A stretch of 56,784 nucleotides of DNA, filler included, from Dugesia japonica (Eukaryota): assembly GCA_001938525.1 (NCBI GenBank). It is 3 parts of 3 records of this genome, joined end to end, with 100 filler letters (N's around TTAATTAATTAA, not from the genome) between each part and the next. Parts side by side here need not be neighbours in the genome. Positions count along the whole stretch, not along the records: positions 46,755 to 56,784 come from MQRL01181097.1; 2 more parts are not named here. The stretch is one strand, 5' to 3'. Shown piece by piece: positions 51,398 through 56,784 of the stretch (the stretch's first letter is position 1; each line of letters begins with the position of its first letter). The notes beneath the pieces are model-generated. The model was not told where the DNA came from. It searched no databases and worked only from the letters and a program-made list of their open reading frames with translations. The translations under genes were made by a program, and so were the position numbers.

Positions 51398-51486
51398 ATT
51401 TCATTAAATTAAAGAAAAAGCTTCGATCAAAATAAAATTTATTCATAAAGAAATTCAAATTTTCGACACTTGTCTTCTTCAGAAAA
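51398..51486 (-). ncRNA. Hammerhead-ribozyme repeat, copy E (intact core, weak stem I)
   Basis: Minus strand TTT-CTGAAGA-A-GAC-AAGT-GTC-GAA-AATT-T-GAA followed by the tail ttttgatcgaagcttt. Confidence 0.8.
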
Positions 51487-52049
51487 GATAACTTTCTGAT
51501 GGATTCAAATTGACGATCGATCATTGCTACAAGTTCTTAAACTTTTATCGAGATTTTATTGGTCTACTAAATTATAATTTTTTTTAAAATTAAGTCTGAA
51601 AAATTATTTTTAATTAAATTTGATTAAAAATTTTCCTAAATGTTTTTTGTAAAAATTTTTTTAATAAATTAAAGTATATAATATTAAGATGTATTTTATT
51701 AATATTAAAATTTTAATCTAATTTTTTTTAGTTATTTTAATATTAAGAATCTTTGTAATAGTGTTTATTTATTTTTAACTTTTAATTATTGAAAGGTTTT
51801 TTAAATTATTGTAATTAGTGAAAATTTTTAATTATTGTAATTGTTAAAAATCACATTAAACTCAGGTTTCTCCTCTTTAATTAATATTTGTTCATGTTTT
51901 TTCTGTGAAGTGTAGAAATGTAGCCTGTTCCTAATGTTTTTCAAGTAATATGATGATTTTCTGGTAAAACATTATGTTTGTTTTGAAAGTGTTTGAAGAC
52001 TTAACTTTATTTATGTTTGAGATGTTCTTTAATTTTTGTAGGGATGGTT

Positions 52050-55000
52050 CTACATGTTTTTCCTATATATGTATCCTTACATAAGGTGCATGTTATTTTG
52101 TAAGTGATATTTTTTATTGCATATATTTCTACCATCACATATGCATTTCGGACCACAAAAATTCTGCCTTGGTTTCTGTAATTGGATACCCAAAGGTGCT
52201 TGTATTTTAAATATCAAATTTTATTTTACAAAAATCTTTTTAGATTCTTTTAAATGCAAGAATCCATGAAAAGTACAAAGATATATTTTCATATCACAAA
52301 CATTTACACGTGCCAAGGCACTACTTCCCCTTTCGACTACAGCGTCTCAGGGTACTCTCACTAATATGATACATATAAACAAAAGATGATTTATGATATG
52401 TCATCCTCATTTCCTTTGCAATATCCTTTGATGGAATCAAAGTCGATTGTCTAATGATATGTTGAAATAATAGAATCCGTGCGGATATCGTCGGGTATTT
52501 GAGATCATATGAAATTCCAATTAATCGATATTTCTTCGTCAATGGGCTTTACATGAGTAAATACCATTCAGATTTTCTTCCATTAGGCATTTATTGACCA
52601 TCATTAGTTCTGAATAACTGGGAGCAAAATCGACTAGACTATGAGTGTTGTGAGACGCCCATGTAAGATTGCTCCATCTAATGTTAGAAATCATCATTTT
52701 CTATTTAAGCTTGCTGATCTTCTCTTGAGAGATTTTCAATTTCGACTTGATATTGTTGTTTTCCAATAACGAAGAAAAACGAGAATAAGGTGTCGAGGAG
52801 AACCTTCCAATCTGGAATAGCTGCTTGTATTTCGTTATTGAGGCTCTGATATTTTGAATTGTTAGTAATATGTGCTTCCTCCATGTTATCGTGATTATCG
52901 TAAAGTGTTTTGACATCAAGAAGCCACATTTGTCAACTCTCTTTAATTTCTATTTGAAGATCAACGCGCATCATCGAGTAAACGAAAGCACATTTACGAT
53001 CATTTGATAATGCTGAGATTTGGATTTGATTCCTGCAGTGTGGAGTAGAGAGAATTGAGAATAGCATTATGTCTGTTTACGAGGTAATACGAGTTTCAGG
53101 GACAAGGGCAGGGAACGTGATATTGCGACTTTATTTCATAATAGAATTTTCTACATTTCTCCTTATTCTTTTGGTACTGAATTCAACCGTTGACTGGCAA
53201 TGTGTTTGTCCTGGCTAAGATGAATGATGTACCAATCTTGAATAATAATACTTCCATTATGTTTGAAAGTTTGTCTAAGGCCAATGAAGTAGCTAAGATG
53301 CCAGCACGACAATGCTCACTCCATTTCATGAATTGAGAGAGCTGGTAAAGTCTGTGATAGGAGAATAGAGATAAGCAGTTGATGCATTTAGAGGCAGACC
53401 GCAGATCCTTTTGACTCTTTTACTAATTTTGAAGTCAAGGCTTTGCTGAAAACAGTGTTTTCAACCTTATGGTGACCATAGTCTTCTAGTACACGATTAG
53501 GTATGTTGTAGTTGCGAAACACAAATATGAGCCTCGAGTGTATGAATATTTTGTAAGCTTCAAACTTTCTTCAAACCGCTCCAATTAGTCCAGAAATTAA
53601 CTGTATTTACCATGCTTTGGAGATTGTCGAGGTTATCCGCTATCAAGGCAATATCATCAGCGTAGGCTACACATTCTAAGCGATAGTTACCGATTTGAGC
53701 GCCAGCATTTTTCACCAGTGCGCATTCTGTAAGAATTGGATCAAGATCAACATTAAAGACAAGCATTGATAGAGGGCAACCTTGAAGGACTCCTCTATGG
53801 ACCGATATGCACAAGGTTGTAATATTTGATCAGATATAATAGGATAAACAACCTTCATCGATGATATTAATGAGATTTGTAGCGGGACACTCCATACCCA
53901 CAAGTCTTAAGATTCATGTTATGTGATGAATTTGTATACTTCCGAAAGCGTCCGAAATGTCNAAGTAGGCGATGTGTAAGTTTTTACCTGGACCGTATTC
54001 TTGAAGAATAGACATGAGAATGTTGTTATGCTCTGTACAGCCTTCTGATTTATCGGTTCCTTTTTGAAGAGGAAACGAAAGTTGATTTTATCTATCCATT
54101 TTTTAATTTGACCAGCTAGGCATGCAGTAAAGATCTTATACATGCATTCCAGCAGAGCCATAGGACGCCAAGACCCTATTTGATTGTATTTTCCTTCTTT
54201 GTCAGGTTTTGGAATCATGAGAGTTAAATATGATTTCCAGTGCTTTTAAATTTTGCCTGATCTAATGATCTTGTTGAATAGAAGGCAGATAAATTGAGAT
54301 TGTGGGTCACAATACTTGATCTATATGTAAGTGATGTTACTGATTCCTGGACTGCTGTTCGACATGGATTAGATGACACGAATAAGGTCGGTTTGTTAAA
54401 TTTCTTGAAATTTGAAACTAAGACCACGACGAATGTGTGGCAAAATATCCCATTGAGTGGATGAAGGATCAGAAGATTTGAGTTTGAAAGTACATGTTCA
54501 AAAACAGATTTTGGACACTGAATTTTTCACGAAGTGAGAAATCCATAGTGGCCCCCTGATGTTTAAAAGGATTGGTGTTGTTGAATCTTTTAGGTTTTGT
54601 ACTTCTAGTTTTCCAAATATATCCGGTTAGAACATTCTCGATAATTTCAGGTTTCAGAATTGTAAGTTCAGAAAATAGGAGATTGATGTTACTGAGTCTT
54701 TGATGTAGTAGTGAGACTTTTTATTTGAGCTGGATGGACTGATATCGATAACAATTTTAGATGGAAGATCCATAAGAGATTAATTTATTTCTGATGGCAT
54801 TGATTTAGATTTTCAAAGGAGTTTGATTGTGGATAATCTTTTCAATAATTCCACACGTGATGAGTCCAATGTTAACTTGATTTGATGAGACATCGTGAGG
54901 TGTAAAATTTAGAACAAATCGAGCCTCTAAATCTTAATCATTTCTGAACGAGTTCATATTTTTGTTAAAAAGTTTGCCAACAGTCATTGAGGATTCATCA

Positions 55001-56784
55001 AGAATATTCGATGAAGTATCAATGAGAAAGGATTTTCCTATGTTTTGATTAAAGAAGATATTCCAACTATCGTTGACTAACTTGAATGGGAAAATTACAA
55101 GATCTTTGCGTATGAATTGGTTGAAGCCAATGTTTCTTTTAATAAATTATTCATTCCCTTCAGCAAGTTTAGTGAGGTCTCCACATTGCGTAACAGGTAC
55201 TTTGATTGATTTCATAATTTCAGTGAGGTATTTTATAAGATGATTTTCATTAAAATTCATGATTGATTTTGACGCTTTCAATAAAGAATTATCTGGAAAA
55301 TATCATCCACCTTCATCATCATATTTGTTTTCCTTTTCTTTTTTTCCTTTGTATTCTGAAACACCCAGGAACGGATCTCTTCAATGTTGATGTTCTTCGG
55401 AGTTATGCCATTTGACATCTTGAGAATGTACCAACAAACTATTCGTCCACAATCATTTCCATTCGTTTGTTTNTGGTGTTCAATTGATTTTTCCTGAAAG
55501 ACGAATTTTGTTTTCAGTTCCCTCAAGGTTTCAGATATTTCTTTCGCTAATTTTATTAATTCTTTGTCGGGACTACGTCTATTTAATGGATACAAGATCA
55601 TAGATTTTTTCTTGTATGCAAAGAAAAGCACCCAGTATTGGTTGTTGACATGTATAGGTGTGAAGATTCTAGAAATTTTACTAAAATCAAAGTTATTCAA
55701 TGCTTCACTAATTGTGGATGTTTCTCTTTATGCTATCGTAAAAACGAAATTTAGTATCAACGCACACGTAATGTTGGAAATGTGATTTTCAACAAATTCT
55801 TCAATCTGTGGATCACTGAACAAGAATGTATTTTTGTATGGTGGATTTTTCACAATTAAGCTATATGGAGACTTGAGCTTAATTGTGGAGCCATATCATC
55901 AAATTTCCGGTTTGTTTGACTTTGCATTTGGCGTCGAATTGGCCAGAGCAGATTTCCCTTTCTTTTTCTGTCTAGATCTTCCACCTATAACACTTAGATC
56001 TTTTATTGGTTCATGCTCAGAAGCATCAGTTGATGCATTAAGAGTTTCCATGGTTTGATATATCATTAGGATATCTGGATTTGATAATGTAACGGAGGAG
56101 ACATCAGCTTTGTTGTAGATAACCAGATCTAATGCGTATTTCTGATCTCCTTTCTTGATTGTAGGATAGAGAACTTTCAAAAGTNNNNNNNNNNNNNNNN
56201 NNNNNNTGTTTACTCTTGAGAATTCTCTTAGTTCTTTGAGATTTTCGTGAGGGAGATTTTTCATTCTGGTTGGTCTTTCAAGTTTGTTCATGAATTTGAG
56301 ATAATCAAGTGTAATTTATCTTGAGTTCTCATGATTAACAGATATAAGATCATCATACTTTTTGATAAAGTCAAGATTTTTCTTTTCGATAATTTTTTCT
56401 AGAAATGGGTTTTCGACTCGATAATTGATTTTTATTCATTATTTTTGCCAATGATTCCTTTGGAATAGTTTTGTTGTCAACTGCCTTTTGTGAGTATTTC
56501 TGTCACCCTTGGTACTCTGTGTGGCTGGCAGCACCAGATATTTTATCTTGTGTAACCACATTATCATCATCCTTCGAGAGTGCAGTTATCGCTAGTTGAA
56601 CACAAGCTATTCCATTCATGCCGAGATCAGAAGAAACTTCAAAGATATGAGCAGGGACCATTTCTGATATTTTATCAATATCGCAGCTATTATTAGCGAG
56701 TGTCTTCAGGTCTTTAGAAATGGAATTGTAAATATTACTCTGTTTTCCTGCTATTTTGAGAGCACCTGTTTCAAGATTCCATAA
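52050..56784 (-). mobile_element. Decayed NeSL-clade (R2-superfamily) non-LTR retrotransposon: Ulp1/C48 protease + RT + probable RLE region
   Basis: Protease 'PIHVNNQYWVLF...KQTNGNDCG' (55278-55700). RT 'IPKPDK..WRPMALLECMYKIFT', 'GVLQGCPLSMLVFN', 'AYADDIALI' (53560-54218). Degenerate Cys knuckle near 52300-52345. Boundaries are approximate. Confidence 0.85.

Noticed and set aside
51907-51932. aagtgtag...ctgttc resembling U2 snRNA near the NeSL-like 3' end
   Set aside because: Short, interrupted match with no other U2 sequence; likely chance.

Overview
This is a gappy scaffold from a very AT-rich, intron-containing animal genome. The composition and repeat content would fit a small invertebrate such as an orthonectid, but that is only an inference. 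Host-gene pieces are a SERCA terminal exon (5088-5285), a TRAF/MATH terminal exon (19746-20293, minus) and a probable 4-exon orphan coiled-coil gene (38835-48684). The rest is largely decayed mobile elements: six Ty3/Gypsy copies (one complete, with 140-bp AGTT...AACT LTRs and an exact ATGTA TSD, nested inside a hAT that also holds a second hAT), hAT MITEs including a SPIN-like one, a Harbinger MITE, a MULE relic, a Polinton/Maverick relic, Penelope-like fragments and a Ulp1-bearing NeSL-type non-LTR element. The most striking unannotated signal is a dispersed ~100-170 bp repeat family (about 10 full or partial copies). It begins with a minimal type I hammerhead ribozyme whose stems covary between copies and whose stem III is palindromic, and it is repeatedly associated with inverted duplications. 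An ORF resembling the SF3 helicase domain of a CRESS ssDNA-virus Rep (49539-49949) lies between two of these copies. All family assignments come from motif recognition by eye; no searches were run.
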